From assembly GCF_006345805.1 (NCBI RefSeq), contig NC_043007.1, positions 64,356,001-64,420,000 of the forward strand: DNA of 64,000 nt, read 5' to 3'. Source of the stretch: Octopus sinensis. Taxonomy: Eukaryota. Below are positions 13,766-26,099 of the stretch, in pieces (the stretch's first letter is position 1; the number at the start of each line of letters is the position of its first letter). Made by a program: the position numbers and the translations under genes. A model generated the notes under the pieces. It was not told the origin of the DNA. It made no database searches and saw nothing but the letters and a program-made list of their open reading frames with translations.

Positions 13766-14142
13766 GAGTGGCTGTGTGGTAAGTAGCTTGCTTATGAACC
13801 ACATGGTTCCGGGTTCAGTCCCACTGCGTGGCACCTTGGGCAAGGTCTTCTACTATAGTCTCAGGCTGAATAAAGCCTTGTGAGTGGATTTGGTAGACGG
13901 AAACTGAAAGAAGCCTGTTGTATATATATGTTTGTGTGTCTGTGTTTGTCCCCCCCCCCCTCAACATCGCTTGACAACCGATGCTGGTGTGTTTACGTCC
14001 CCATAACTTAGCGGTTCAGCAAAAGAGACCGATAGAATAAGTAGTAGGCTTACAAAGAAGAAGTCCTGGGGTCTATTTGCTCGACTAAAGGCGGTGCTCC
14101 AGCATGGCCACAGTCACATGACTGAAACAAGTAAAAGAGTAT
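13766..14142 (+). mobile_element. Full-length tRNA-derived SINE with internal microsatellite
   Basis: tRNA-like head GAGTGGCTGTGTGGTAAG...GGTTCAGTCCC; same family as the inverted copy at ~37478-37925 and the partial copy at ~54150-54305. Confidence 0.8.
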
Positions 14143-15461
14143 CAGGGTAGTAAATTAGATGAGCATGCTTTTATAAGAGCACTAAACTCAATATAATTAA
14201 AATACATCATGCTAAATTGATATGAAATCAGCTGTTACACTGATTTGAACAGGAAGACTGCATCAATTTAATTACAATAACAGTAACAAACTACCAAAAT
14301 TTATCAAACAGAAACCCAAGTTAACAATAAGATATCTCTCAATTGTTTAAGTAAATTCAACCTAAATAACAATAAATGGTAATTATAAGTTTAAACATTA
14401 AGCAATAGCTTATTGTCTTTGATGTTATGACTGCATAATGTATCCCATTCCATTTCAATGAACAAAATATTTAGTACAGTCCTTAAACCATATTAAAACA
14501 ATATCTGCTGTGTTTTGGAACAATGGCCTACATTGCTCTTCATGTGGTTACTTCCATGCCATAAATCAATAGAGATAAGAATATCTAGTGTCAACCACAA
14601 TAGAAGCTGCAGCTTCCTTAAAATACAACAAATAGAAAATAATATATTTTGTCTTCAGTAACCATACAATGAAACCAGGTACGAGCTGGATATATGTGTG
14701 TGTGGTATAGTGGGACAACAGAAAAAGCAAACCCAAACAACAGATGCAGACAAATTCAGCCTCCTCATCAGTTGACAAAATATCATCACAATTTTGAGCT
14801 TTTTAACAATATTGTCAAGTTTGTCAGAGTCAGCAACATATGCTACTTATGTATAAAGGACAGAAATTGAGACAAGTACAATAACAAGAAAAGAGGTTTG
14901 TAAACCAAAAAGTAAATAAAGATGAGTTATGAGGAAAATAGGCAAGGATAAAACAACACAGATATTTGTAGAAATATAAAATGTCTTCTGACTGAATGAC
15001 AAAAATCAGAGTTGTGCAAAGTAATGCTAATAGGAAAGATGAGAAAAAATAGAAAAGGTTTTTGGGTTTTTTTTAAATGAAAAAAAAATAGACAAACCAG
15101 ATGGAAATAAAGCTACTGACAAATAGAATGAGTAGTCAATTGAAAAAAAGAATGGGTAACTTGAAAACAGGAAGATCAAATGGTATCTTTTGGGAAGGAA
15201 AAAAGGGAATTCATGCAGATGGATTCAAAGACAGAGAATGAGAGAGGAAGGGCTGTAGCAGAGATAATACAGAGTAAGTAGGGGTAATATGAAAAAAGGG
15301 AAAAAACAAAAAGATAAACAGCTACAAAGAAGGAAGGTAAGCGGAGAGATAAATGAATGCAAGAAAGGTATGTAAATAGAGAAAAATATAAGGATGGTTA
15401 CCTGAATGATGCGATGATAGGTGAGCCAGTAGAGAGTGTCTACCATGATCTCTGATCAGTG

Positions 15462-16745
15462 GTTCCCGCTCTAGCAAAGATCAGCCCTGAGATAAACTTG
15501 TCCAAGTCAGAGGTCAAGAACATCAACTGCAGCCTCCATCTTAGAGGTATGTTCACTACTTCATCAAGTACAGGTGACCTCAAAGGAGGATATCCTTACC
15601 TTTGGTTCACTGATCTTTCTGCTTGCCATTCTCTCCACCTTCAGGTCTAAGCTCCTGCAGCTTGAAAAATGTCCATCAAGCTCTGTTCCTGTAAAGGAAC
15701 TGCTTCACCATGCTAAAGCTATTGTACATCCTCCACAGTGCTTCTCAATGCCTGTATTCAACAGGTCACTAAAGAGATATGCAACATTCAGTTTGACGAC
15801 AGTGGATGGCAACAGGTCATCTTACTCATCACATATGGCGACCTTGGCTTCATTTTCCAGTCTCACTGGCCTTGCTGGCTTTTCTCTCATTGATGACTTC
15901 TTACCGTGTCTTCATTAATAGGGTTCTTCACAACACAGCTGAACCACCTGTGATTGAGGCATGTGAAGCAGCTTATGCAACATGGAGCCAGCTCAGCCTG
16001 TGTCCCACTGATGTCCATCTCCTCTCCTGTATGGACGTCTGGACCTCTCAAAAGAAATGGGACATCATCCAGTGTAGTATGACAGCAGACAAGTTAGTGC
16101 ACCAACTTGACCAGCACTGTCTGGCATGTTTCTGCTCAGCCTCTGAGCCTCACAGAAAAGCTTGGATCAATGCAGTGCCATCACTTGCAAATGGCACTAA
16201 CCTTGATGGCAACTGCCTGCACATTGGTGTTTCCCTGAGGCTTGGTCTTCAGATCTGTGAGCCTCATGAATACCGCTGCAGGTCCATTATGGATTCTTTT
16301 GGCCTCCACCCACAGTCATGCTGTCATAGTGCTGACTGCCTTTAACAAGATCATAAAGCATGGTGTAGATGTCACAGGCTTCCCTTCCCAGCTCAAGCCA
16401 GCAGGGCTAGACCGAGGGGATGGTAGAAAGCCGGGAGGTATTACAATTTTCCCATTCTGTGGCAGTAGACCACTCATCTGGGATGCCACATGTTGTGACA
16501 TAATCTCCAGGGGTATCAGTTACTCTCTGACAGGTTTATGGTTGAGCCTGTGGCGGTTGAGACCTCCAGCATCCTTAGTCCGCAGACCATATCCCTGCTC
16601 ACTGCTATCAGGGCAGAGATTGCTGTCTGCAAATGGAAGCCCAGAGAATCAGAGTGGCTGTTCCAGTGCATCTCCCTTGCTATCATCCAGGGCAATGCCT
16701 TTTACATATTGTCTGCTGGTGCCATGAGAAATGTTTCTATATTGT
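15462..16745 (+). mobile_element. Decayed 3' part of a CRE-clade-like non-LTR retrotransposon (restriction-like endonuclease)
   Basis: Frameshifted ORFs carry QKKWD, AWINAVP, SLRLGLQICEPH..C...D.FG.H..SC (zinc knuckle), P.GLDRGDGRKPGGIT, LIWDATC, PVAVET and ISLAIIQGNA. This motif order is typical of CRE/SLACS-type RLE elements. Confidence 0.75.
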
Positions 16746-16779
16746 GAGAGTCAAGATTCTCTGTATTTGAGTAATACAA

Positions 16780-17345
16780 AGAGAATGGGAAAAGACATTA
16801 TTTTAATGAAAACAATAGGCATAGAAAGCTAAGCATAAAGAAATAAGAAAGGGTAGATAAATATATAGAGATATAAAGAGAAGATATCACATGATAAAGG
16901 GCAAAGATAATGTACCTTTCAGCCTGGTTTACACAAACAAGGGGATAGGAAAAAAAAAAATTAAGACTGACCGTCAAAGTGATCAATTCAAAACAATGGC
17001 TAGCTTGAAAAATGGGACGGTCATGTGGTGCCTTTTGGGAAAGGAGAGAGAGGAAGAGTAGAGGTAGGTAGAGAGTAAGATAGAGAAAGAGAGACAGATA
17101 GGGAGGGGAAGGGCCATTGCAGAGATAAAACAGCTGGGAAGGGTGAAACAAGATTAATAAAGTGAACAACAAAGATAAATGGATACAATAGCAGAAAGCT
17201 AAATGGATGTAAACATAAAAAAGAAAGATACATAGAGAAAAAGATAGAAAGATAATTAAGTGGAGCTGGTAGACAGAGTAAGCAATAGAAAGGTAAGTAT
17301 AAGGAAGAAGAGACAAGTGGACAGATGGATAGAGAGAGAAAGAGA
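16780..17345. repeat. Purine-rich (GA/GAA) low-complexity tract
   Basis: Direct reading; similar tracts at ~15000-15420, ~20200-20520 and ~22880-23060. Confidence 0.7.
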
Positions 17346-18406
17346 GGCCTCGAGTAAAAATCTCAAATTAAACACCAGGAGATGGAAAAACACCATTAAC
17401 CAGTAGAAAGGTCAATTCAAAAAAGAACTGGTGGTCTGAGATTCAGGAAGAAGGCTTCATGATGCCTTATGAGAGAGGAGAAAGAGAAAGGTACAGGTGG
17501 GTTGACAGAGAAGGAGTGCCATTGCTGAAATAAAACAGAGTATGGATGCAACTGGTACTGTTGGTTACAATGATGAGAGTTCCAGTTGATCCGATCAATG
17601 GAACAGCTTGCTTGTGAAATTAACATACAAGTGGCTGAGTACTCTACAGACATTTACCCTTAATGTAGTTATCAGAAAGATTCAGTGTGACACAGAATGT
17701 GACAAGGCTGGCTGTTTGAATTACAGGTACAACTAATACAAAGATAGTTATGAAGTGAAAATGATGGACAATGAAAGCAATAAGGAAGTATAAAGAAAGA
17801 ATGAAATCATCATCTAATATCTGTTTTCCATGCTGGCATGGGTGGGATGGTTTGACAGGATCTGGTGAGCCACAAGTCTGCATCAAGCTCCAATGTCAAC
17901 TTTAGCATGGTTTTGATGACTGGATACCCTTCCTAACATCAATCATTTTAGAGTGTGTACTACGTGCTTTCTTTGTGCTACCAGCACTAGTGAAGTCACC
18001 AAGTAACTTGCAAGACAGGAAAAGAACACAAAAAGGTAAAAGTCCCTAAGTGGAGAGGGAAATATTTGAGGAGGGTGGAGGTGAATTTATGCCAAGTGTT
18101 GGTGGGTAGTTTAAATGCAATAAGGAACAAGCCTGTCTTGCTATAGTGAAGATACATGGCTAGCCTACATGGGACAAAAAGATTGTAGTGATGGGGAGCG
18201 AGAGCAAATACTTAAGGAGCTATATATCAGATATAAATAACCAATCAGTTATGGCTGCATCGTAGATTTTCTTGATGGAGCTAACAACTCCATGAACACA
18301 AATTAAAAACTATTGTAAATCAGAACACTTACACATAATGTCTGGTTGCAATAAGGAAAAGGAAATTTACAAGTTGTGTGGCAACTAATTGGTTGTATAA
18401 ACTTAC

Positions 18407-18454
18407 CGCAGCTGAAATTCGGTGTTCATTTGACAAAGTGGATACATGAGTTTC
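18407..18454 (-). CDS. MOCS3: MOCS3 exon 10 (48 nt)
   Basis: ETHVSTLSNEHRISAA fills exactly the 16-residue gap corresponding to human CRSLQLLSPEERVSVT. Acceptor ttttcAG, donor GTAAGT, phase 0 on both sides. Confidence 0.8.
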
Positions 18455-21400
18455 CTGAAAATATATAATGACCAAAATTTAATGATACTTGGCTTTGAAG
18501 GAGTTATTGTGTTCCAAGACAAAAGTACATCATTCCATTCGTGTTTTATGAACCTAACTGAACACAAAATTATATTTGCCACATCACAATTTATCAGAAA
18601 ATATTATAAAAAGTTAAAATAAAAAACAAGCAAAAACATTGATATTAAGTCATTACCATAATTGGCTTAACATTGACCTTCCAGTGTGTATACAACAGTT
18701 TCTCAAACTGGTTCTTTGCTTCATGTTAAAGCCTCACATCTTAAGAGTTAATTACTTTGTCCTAAATCTTTCTCAGCCTGCCTCTGCTACCTTAACCAAT
18801 TCAAGAAGTACTTTGAATTCAATATATACATATTGGTTTACATGTCCACACCAACTTTATCTGGTTATCCTTTACCCTCACACTTGAAGTTCTGTACAAT
18901 TTATGGCTACAAATTCTGCTTCCTCAGACCAACAAAAATATAAAATGAGATGTTTATCGCATACACCAAACAATTATTTCAAATGTACATGTGTTTAGTT
19001 TGTCATTCGTGTTCATGCTTCACATTTAATATTACATTCATCATATAATGAAGGATTTATCTCTTCACTGCATTTGTTTATCATTTCTGTTCATCCCATC
19101 TGGACATTGGTATCATACAATAAACTTTCCATGTCATTTAGTGCCAGTCAGTCCTAATCAAGTAGATCCATGATCAGAGATATTCCAGAACTGGCCATCT
19201 TATTTATCCAACATCATAAAGTGATATCCAAGAGAGATTTGACTGCTATTCCTAGGAGGTTGAGCAGCCATGTAGAAACTTCCATCATGAATTCCTTTGT
19301 TACTTTCAAAAGTACAACTCAAAACATTAAGCTATAGTGGGTTATATCACCCCTCTAATTAGATTACATATCAAAATTTTACCAAATACAACCAGCTAAT
19401 TAACATTGCTTGTTAAGAAATTTAAATTGTATTTCAAAGACTGATTCTAAAATAAAATAATTCAATACAAGCAAATGCGACAGCAAAAATATATTGGATC
19501 AGGGCAAAAGAAGCTGAGTATGAAAAGGCAATGTGAAATCACCCATGCTTATGTTTAATCTCCAGAATCATCAAGAGATGAATTTTGATTTTATGGTTTT
19601 ATAAGCAAAAACATGTATGTGCTATATTTAGACATGCATATATTTCAACTAGAGGCATTCAACATTGCATACATTCTACTATATCTTTCTTTGCTGATAA
19701 CAGTCTTATGGTAAAGATTTTACTCAAAGAAAGAAACTTAAAAAAGTATTTCTTTCTTCATATTGGTCATATATAGCTACAAAAACTACTGCCACCACAA
19801 CTACCAACAATTAATGAGCTTCTTAAACAACTGCTCAACATATACTTGCCTTAGAGGGAGTGCTTTGTCCCTGGCAATTCTAAAGAGCATTCTCTAGCCT
19901 TGTTTCTGATGAGGCAATCTTTCAAGTCCTTTCTAACTTTATGTCTTCATTCATTTGTCAATCCATTTAGAGAGTGTACTGGGTGCATTCTGTTGTGTCC
20001 CCAGCAAGACTTGTATCCTCACTGCCTACATTGCCACCACCCATTCACCAATTACTTTACTGAGTGTATTGGGTGCAATTTATTGTGACACCAGCATTAA
20101 CCAGGTTGTTTCATTCCCAGCAATACTGGAGTTTTCTGTATTCTGGTTTCCCTCTTCCCTTAATTATCGTCATACACTCATTCCTTTCTTTCCCATACAA
20201 CTGATGGGAAAAAGAGTCAGAGTGGAGGAAAGAAAGAATAGAAGCAAGAGGATGATAAAAGAGAAAGCAAGGGAGTGGTAGATAGCTACATGATTGTTGT
20301 TTGTAAGGAGATTGGATAGAAGCAACATGACCAAATGGGTGATAGGAGAAGAGTAATGGAAGGGGACCAGATTTATATGAATGAGAGGGAGAAAGAGAAA
20401 GAAAGTAAAGAGTACATGATGATGGAAAATGGATTGAATAGAAACAGCATAAGCATTATGATTGGAGGCAGTGCACACTATAAAGTGAATGATGAATGAA
20501 AAGAGACAACATATAGTAGGAAGGACTAGAGAGATTGCCTTGTTGCTAGAACAGACTCTTTAGCCTTGCTAGAAACAAGACATCCATGAACAATAAGGGA
20601 GTAATGAGAGAAACAACAGGAGAGCAATGACTGGCAATAAAGGATGATGGTGAAAAAAATTGAAGATAAACAAATTCAACTTGATATCATCCCACATCAT
20701 GCAGATAATGTGATGGGAGAGAAAAGTGATAGAAGAGAGACACATTGATAGAAGGGTGAATGAAAGATGAGGAAGTAATGAAGACAGAGGGAGAGTGGTA
20801 AATGCAGGCTCAATATGAACTTAATAGTAATGAGCAACCCACAGATATTACAATCCTAATCCCCATGACCACTACCATCATTTTTACATATATTTTTCCT
20901 GGCTCGCAAGTTAGGTAGTTCCACTGCAGCATAGCATTTCACAAGTCACAGGCCCCTGTCATCTCCCTTATGAGGTTCTACTTCTCAATATTAGTCTTCA
21001 CTACTTTGTCCAATGTCTTCTTTGGTTTCTCTCTTCCACAGATTCCATCTATTTGGAGCATTCAGCATTCTTTTATAGTATGGACATACTCCATAGGCAA
21101 CAGTGTAGTCTTTTACATCCAGTTTTCCACTCACCCTCAGCTCATTTGTGTTCCATCACTTATGCAAACTAACATTCTACATCCAGTACAGCCAGCTTGA
21201 CTCATTTCTTTTCAGCTTTCCTGAATCCTCTGCATTCAAGGTCTGTGTCTACAATGCATCATTACATTTCACATACTATCATTGTAAATCTGTCCATCAA
21301 TCCTTGTTGCTAGCAGAGGTAATAGTATGCTAAACTTTGTTCACTCAGTTCTTATTCTGGAACTATGCTTTAAAACATTTACACTACTAATCTGGTCACC

Positions 21401-22419
21401 TGCATAACAAAAGCTACCTCAATTAATCTAGTTTCCAGGAATAAGTACATGTTCTTCAGGAAATGTTCTGTGAATGTTGTTTAGCGTTACAGCTCCAGAT
21501 TAGTCCTGATTGAGTAGTCCTAAAATCAAAGATGTTCCACATGTTACAATCCCATCTTTACTTCAGCAAAGTATATTTACAACCACATTATCCCAATGTG
21601 TTCTTCCTTTTTTAAGGGAGATTTGACTGCTCTTTCTAGAAGGTCATATAACACATGGAGGCACCATCCCTGGCTCATGTTCTGTGAATATATTTTCATT
21701 GAATGAATTTATCTCTCATCAGTATAACAGTGTGGGATTTGGTATATGGGTCATTGTTGAATGGTATTAGCCATATGTTGTTACATAATAAACCAAATGT
21801 GAAATTTGTTGAAATACATTTTATTGTTATTGAAGTCATTTACAATATTTACATTTATACATAAAAGTTTCCCAGTAGTTGCTAATAGTGTACTGTATAA
21901 GGCTATAATTGGACATAGCTGTAATTAAATTATGGATAGAATGATTAGTATCATGTGAGAGGCAAACTCCAGGCTGAATTTCAGCAAAGAAAAACTTGAT
22001 GTTGTAAAGACTAGTTGCTTATGCTTCAAAGGGCTGCTCTTTGTTTGATCTAGTCAGCTTCTACCTTTATAACTACAAAAGCACAGGAACCTCTAGAACT
22101 TTGTAGAATGTTCTATATGACATAAGATTTCTGCTAGCTGATTGGTTAATAACCAGAAAACATCACCTGGCATGAGTGTGGTCTTGTACTGGTAACTAAA
22201 ACTGTGAGATTTTTATTCTAGGTCTCACTACAACAGTATTGAATCCAGAGCTCATGAAGACATCATTTATCATTAGACACATACACACATTGTTGAACAG
22301 TTTATAACAACCAACAACAAAAACAACCTTAATGCAAAAAAACATTTCATCAGGTGTCTGTTCCAGAGAATAATGGTAAATTTTGTGAAAGGAAGAATAG
22401 CTACATTATAAAAACCTAC

Positions 22420-22580
22420 CTTATCATTTGATCGAGAGCCACAAAACTGTTCGTAGTCTATCAGCTCTGGTTTTGACCCATCTCCACAAGCAATGCAGTT
22501 CTTTTGACTAGGACGAAGTTTTACTTTGTGAAACGAGCAATCCATACCATCAAACAGAAGTAAGTGCTGTTTCAGAGAAG
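22420..22580 (-). CDS. MOCS3: MOCS3 exon 9
   Basis: (S)SLKQHLLLFDGMDCSFHKVKLRPSQKNCIACG...LIDYEQFCGSRSNDK contains the second CxxC. Acceptor gccttaacaatagatttAG; donor GTAGGT. Confidence 0.92.
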
Positions 22581-24390
22581 CTAAATCTATTGTTAAGGCA
22601 TAATGCATTTACCATATTACAGTTGTCTTTGTGTTTACAAATTTATGCAAATATGTGACAGGTACAGGAAATTAATTATAAAAAGAAAAAAGGATGAAAG
22701 TGTGGATATGTGGTTAAACAGTATGTTTTTCAAATGCATTTCTGTGTTTGATACTATAGCACTAATGAATGACTTAAACTTTGTAAGTGAAATTTTTGTA
22801 TCATTCTGTCTTATTAATAATATTAACATGCCAATTTATTCTTTTTATACATATGGAACTGTGGCATGAGTCACACTTACTTCGGAGGAAGGTGTGAGTG
22901 ACAAAGCAAGAAAAAGGTAGTGAGAGAGAAAGAGAGAGAGTGAAAGAGACAGTGAATGGTAACGGTGTTTCTTTTGTGTTTTTAAATGTTTCAGAGAGGA
23001 AGTAAGAGAGAGTGAGAGAGAAAGAGTGAGTGAGAGAGAAAGAAAGAGAGAGTGAAAGAAATAGTGAATGGTGACAGCGTTCATTTTATTTTTAAATGTT
23101 TATCACATCGCAAGGAAAGTAGACACATAAATCGAAAGAAAAGTTGATACATACACACATTGTTAAATTAAAAGCAGGAGAGAGGAGAGACACAAAGAAA
23201 GTGAGAGAGACAGTAGATACATAGATCAAAAGAAAAGTTGATATATAGATACATACACACATTGTTAAATCAAAGACAAATAACTACAGCAAATACTGGA
23301 TGTCACTTTCACTTTTCATTACCACATGAGGATAAAATTAACTTGCAAGTGGCTGAGCACTCCATAGATATGTATATCATTACCTTAGTTTTCAGAGAGA
23401 TTCAGCCTCACACAGAACAACTCATTTTGGCCAACTGAATGGACTGGAGCAAGATAAACCATCAAGAAAAAGATCCTATACAGGGGCAGGAAAATCCTTT
23501 TAGTCATTAGGGTCACCATGAGTGTTAATCAGGTCCTAACAGCAGCCTTTGTGGGTCGCACAGATCTGGAAGCCAAGCCCCCAGATAAACACCAATGAGC
23601 AGGCTGTTGTTATCAAACTGAGCATGAGTCAAAGGTAAATACACAACAGAACAACAATTATTTTGTCGTAGCTTTCACTGCTTATACTAAACACATGACG
23701 TTTTTGCCTTATGATATGGAACATTTCCTTTCCTTTCACTCTTTTTTAAAAAAATGGCACTCGGTCAGTTGTGATGACAAGGTTCCTGTTTATCTGATCA
23801 ATGGAACAGTCTGCTTGTAAAATTAACATGCAAGTGGCTGAGTACCCAACAGACATACATACCATAAGGTAGATTCAGGGAGATTCAGCCTCACACAAAA
23901 TGTGACAAGGCTGGCCCCTTGGTTTTGCCAGCTGAGTAGACTGCAGCAAGGTGAAGTAGAGTAATTTGCTCAAAAACACGGTGCGCCACAGGGAATTATA
24001 CTCATGACTTTACGATCATGGGCTCAATATCCCTAACCACTTAGCCACATATCTGCACTCTATTAACTGTAGAGAAAAGGAATGAGGCGATAGAGACAGA
24101 GAAAGGAAAGCCTCAGTCATTTACAATGACAATTATACTGAAATACAATTGATCTTTTCTAGCTTCTTTACTTTTAACAATGAAGAAGAGGGAAAGACAT
24201 TTAGTAAGGAATAGAAGGAAAGACTAAAGTGATAGTATGTTGTCAACTTAATGTGACAGTCCCATGAAAGGGAAGAATTCCACTGTTATTTAGCCCAAGG
24301 AAACACCATTTCCTGTTGGACTTGACACATTTCCTGTGTCCTTATGTTTTCAAAGTGGAGATAAGCACCTCCACCCAGCAAAGCCAGCAT

Positions 24391-24431
24391 CCAGAGACTA
24401 GTTTCAGAGTCATTGCTCATCATCAGTCTGG
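24391..24431 (-). ncRNA. Minimal type I hammerhead ribozyme-like motif (Penelope-type)
   Basis: Minus strand reads CCAGA-CTGATGA-TGAGCAATGACTCT-GAAA-CTAGTC-TCTGG: perfect 5-bp stem I, both core boxes, GAG/CTC stem II with an unpaired T on each side, palindromic stem III and a GUC triplet. Confidence 0.65.
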
Positions 24432-24894
24432 AGTAGAATGGCTTGCTAGCTGAATTTTTTTATTTAGACAATAATGTCACATATAGATAATACAGCACAG
24501 GACAACACATACAAATGAAGTTAATGTGAGTTCAAATGAACCTTATTTGAAAATTTTAATGAAAAGATGAATTTTATATTATATAGTCTTTTTTTTTCTC
24601 CCTTTGCCTGGAAAAAAAATGACCTAATTATTCAAAAAGAAAAAGAGTAACAGGATTAGATAGAGCGAAAAATGGGCTTTAAAATGATATATAAAGTGAT
24701 ATATATATCATAAAATGATATATAAAATGATATATACATCATTTAAAACCAAAATTAAAAATTCCAAAAGAGACAACCTAATAGAAAACCAGAGCCAGAG
24801 ATGAAGGATCCTGTCACGAGTCCTTGCATTCTAGTTTTCCACACACATTCTTTCAGCACAGCAACTGTACAGAAAAAAAACATACTTCACCTTC

Positions 24895-25160
24895 ATTATT
24901 TACATTCGATGGATATTTGTCCTCATTTTATTTGTTGTTAACACAACGTTTCGGCTGATATACCCTCCAGCTTTCATCAGGTGTCTTGGGGAAATTTTGA
25001 ACCTGGGTTCTCATTTCTAAGATATTTTTTGATATTATTACTATTCTTATTGTTCACGTCACTGCTTGGAATTGAACTTAGAATCTTGGGTTTAGTAGCC
25101 CATGCTCTTAACCACTACGCCATATGGAGTGAATTTAGGGCTTATAAATCTAATATTTTG
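24895..25160 (-). mobile_element. Penelope-like element 3' end (pseudo-LTR) with tRNA-like segment and hammerhead motif
   Basis: Reverse complement matches ~36580-36860, which directly follows a GIY-YIG ORF. A/B-box-like segment at 25058-25127; hammerhead-like motif at 24940-24985. Confidence 0.75.
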
Positions 25161-25567
25161 TATGAATAGATTCAGTAGGTAGAAACTGAAAGATGACCAT
25201 TGTATATTTACACATATGCATGTGTGTTTTACACTTGTGATTGCTTGTACAATGCAGCAGGTATGATGTCAATTTCTCTTGTCAACAAATTATCCAATCA
25301 CATCGAGCCTTTGAAACCATGTGGAATAAGAGATGTTTTATTCAAAAAACAGATAAAGATTCATATCAGGAAGGGCATCTGGCTGTAAAACAATGCCTCA
25401 GATAACATATTCATCAACCCAAGCAACTATGGAAAAATGGACATAAAACAAATGTATCAATATTTGCATATTCTAGACTTTACCAAACTGTCAATAGCTC
25501 CTAAAGTAAAAAAAATACTGATATAGATCAGACAAAATACAATTATCAGCTGTCATTTGAAGGATAC

Positions 25568-25630
25568 ACTGTAAACCACAAGCAATTTTAATGACTTCTA
25601 AGGCCTGTAAACATCCAATAATTCCAGGAA
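25568..25630 (-). CDS. MOCS3: MOCS3 exon 8
   Basis: (I)PGIIGCLQALEVIKIACGLQ; 63 nt; acceptor ttttttcAG; donor GTATCCTTCA (U12-type). Confidence 0.93.
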
Positions 25631-25851
25631 CTGAAAAAAGATAACATTATCATCATCATATCAGTAATTATCATTATCATTAATGACTACTGTCATTAAT
25701 GTTCGTTTTTTTCCCTCCTATTCTGGCAGATGAGATATAAATGAAATGGATAGTTCTAGCAACCCTTACAATACTTCACTCAACATTAAACCAGCCAATC
25801 AATAACAATAATAATGGTTTCTAATTTAGGCAGAAGGCCAGCAATTTCTAT

Positions 25852-26001
25852 TGTGCCATACAAGTAGTCCAATAACGCAATGCAGAGTGGTTGGTTGTCT
25901 ATTCGACTGCTGTTCCCCTAGCCACTGAGCTGACCACCTTTTATCAGCGACAGTGTATTTAACAATGTGAAACTAAGTACATTTAGTTTCGTATCATTAC
26001 A
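25852..26001 (-). repeat. 3' LTR (150 bp) of a Gypsy-like element
   Basis: Direct repeat of 28626-28776 (14 substitutions and 1 indel by eye). Minus strand starts TGTAA and ends CACA; a polypurine tract AAAGGAAAGGTGGA lies just upstream on the minus strand (~26005-26018). Confidence 0.8.
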
Positions 26002-26099
26002 ATGTCCACCTTTCCTTTAAGCAATTCACAGACAAATAAAACTGACAAATGAAAATAGGGTTTCTTCTCCCTCAAAGAAAGAAAAAAAAAACTGTTTTG

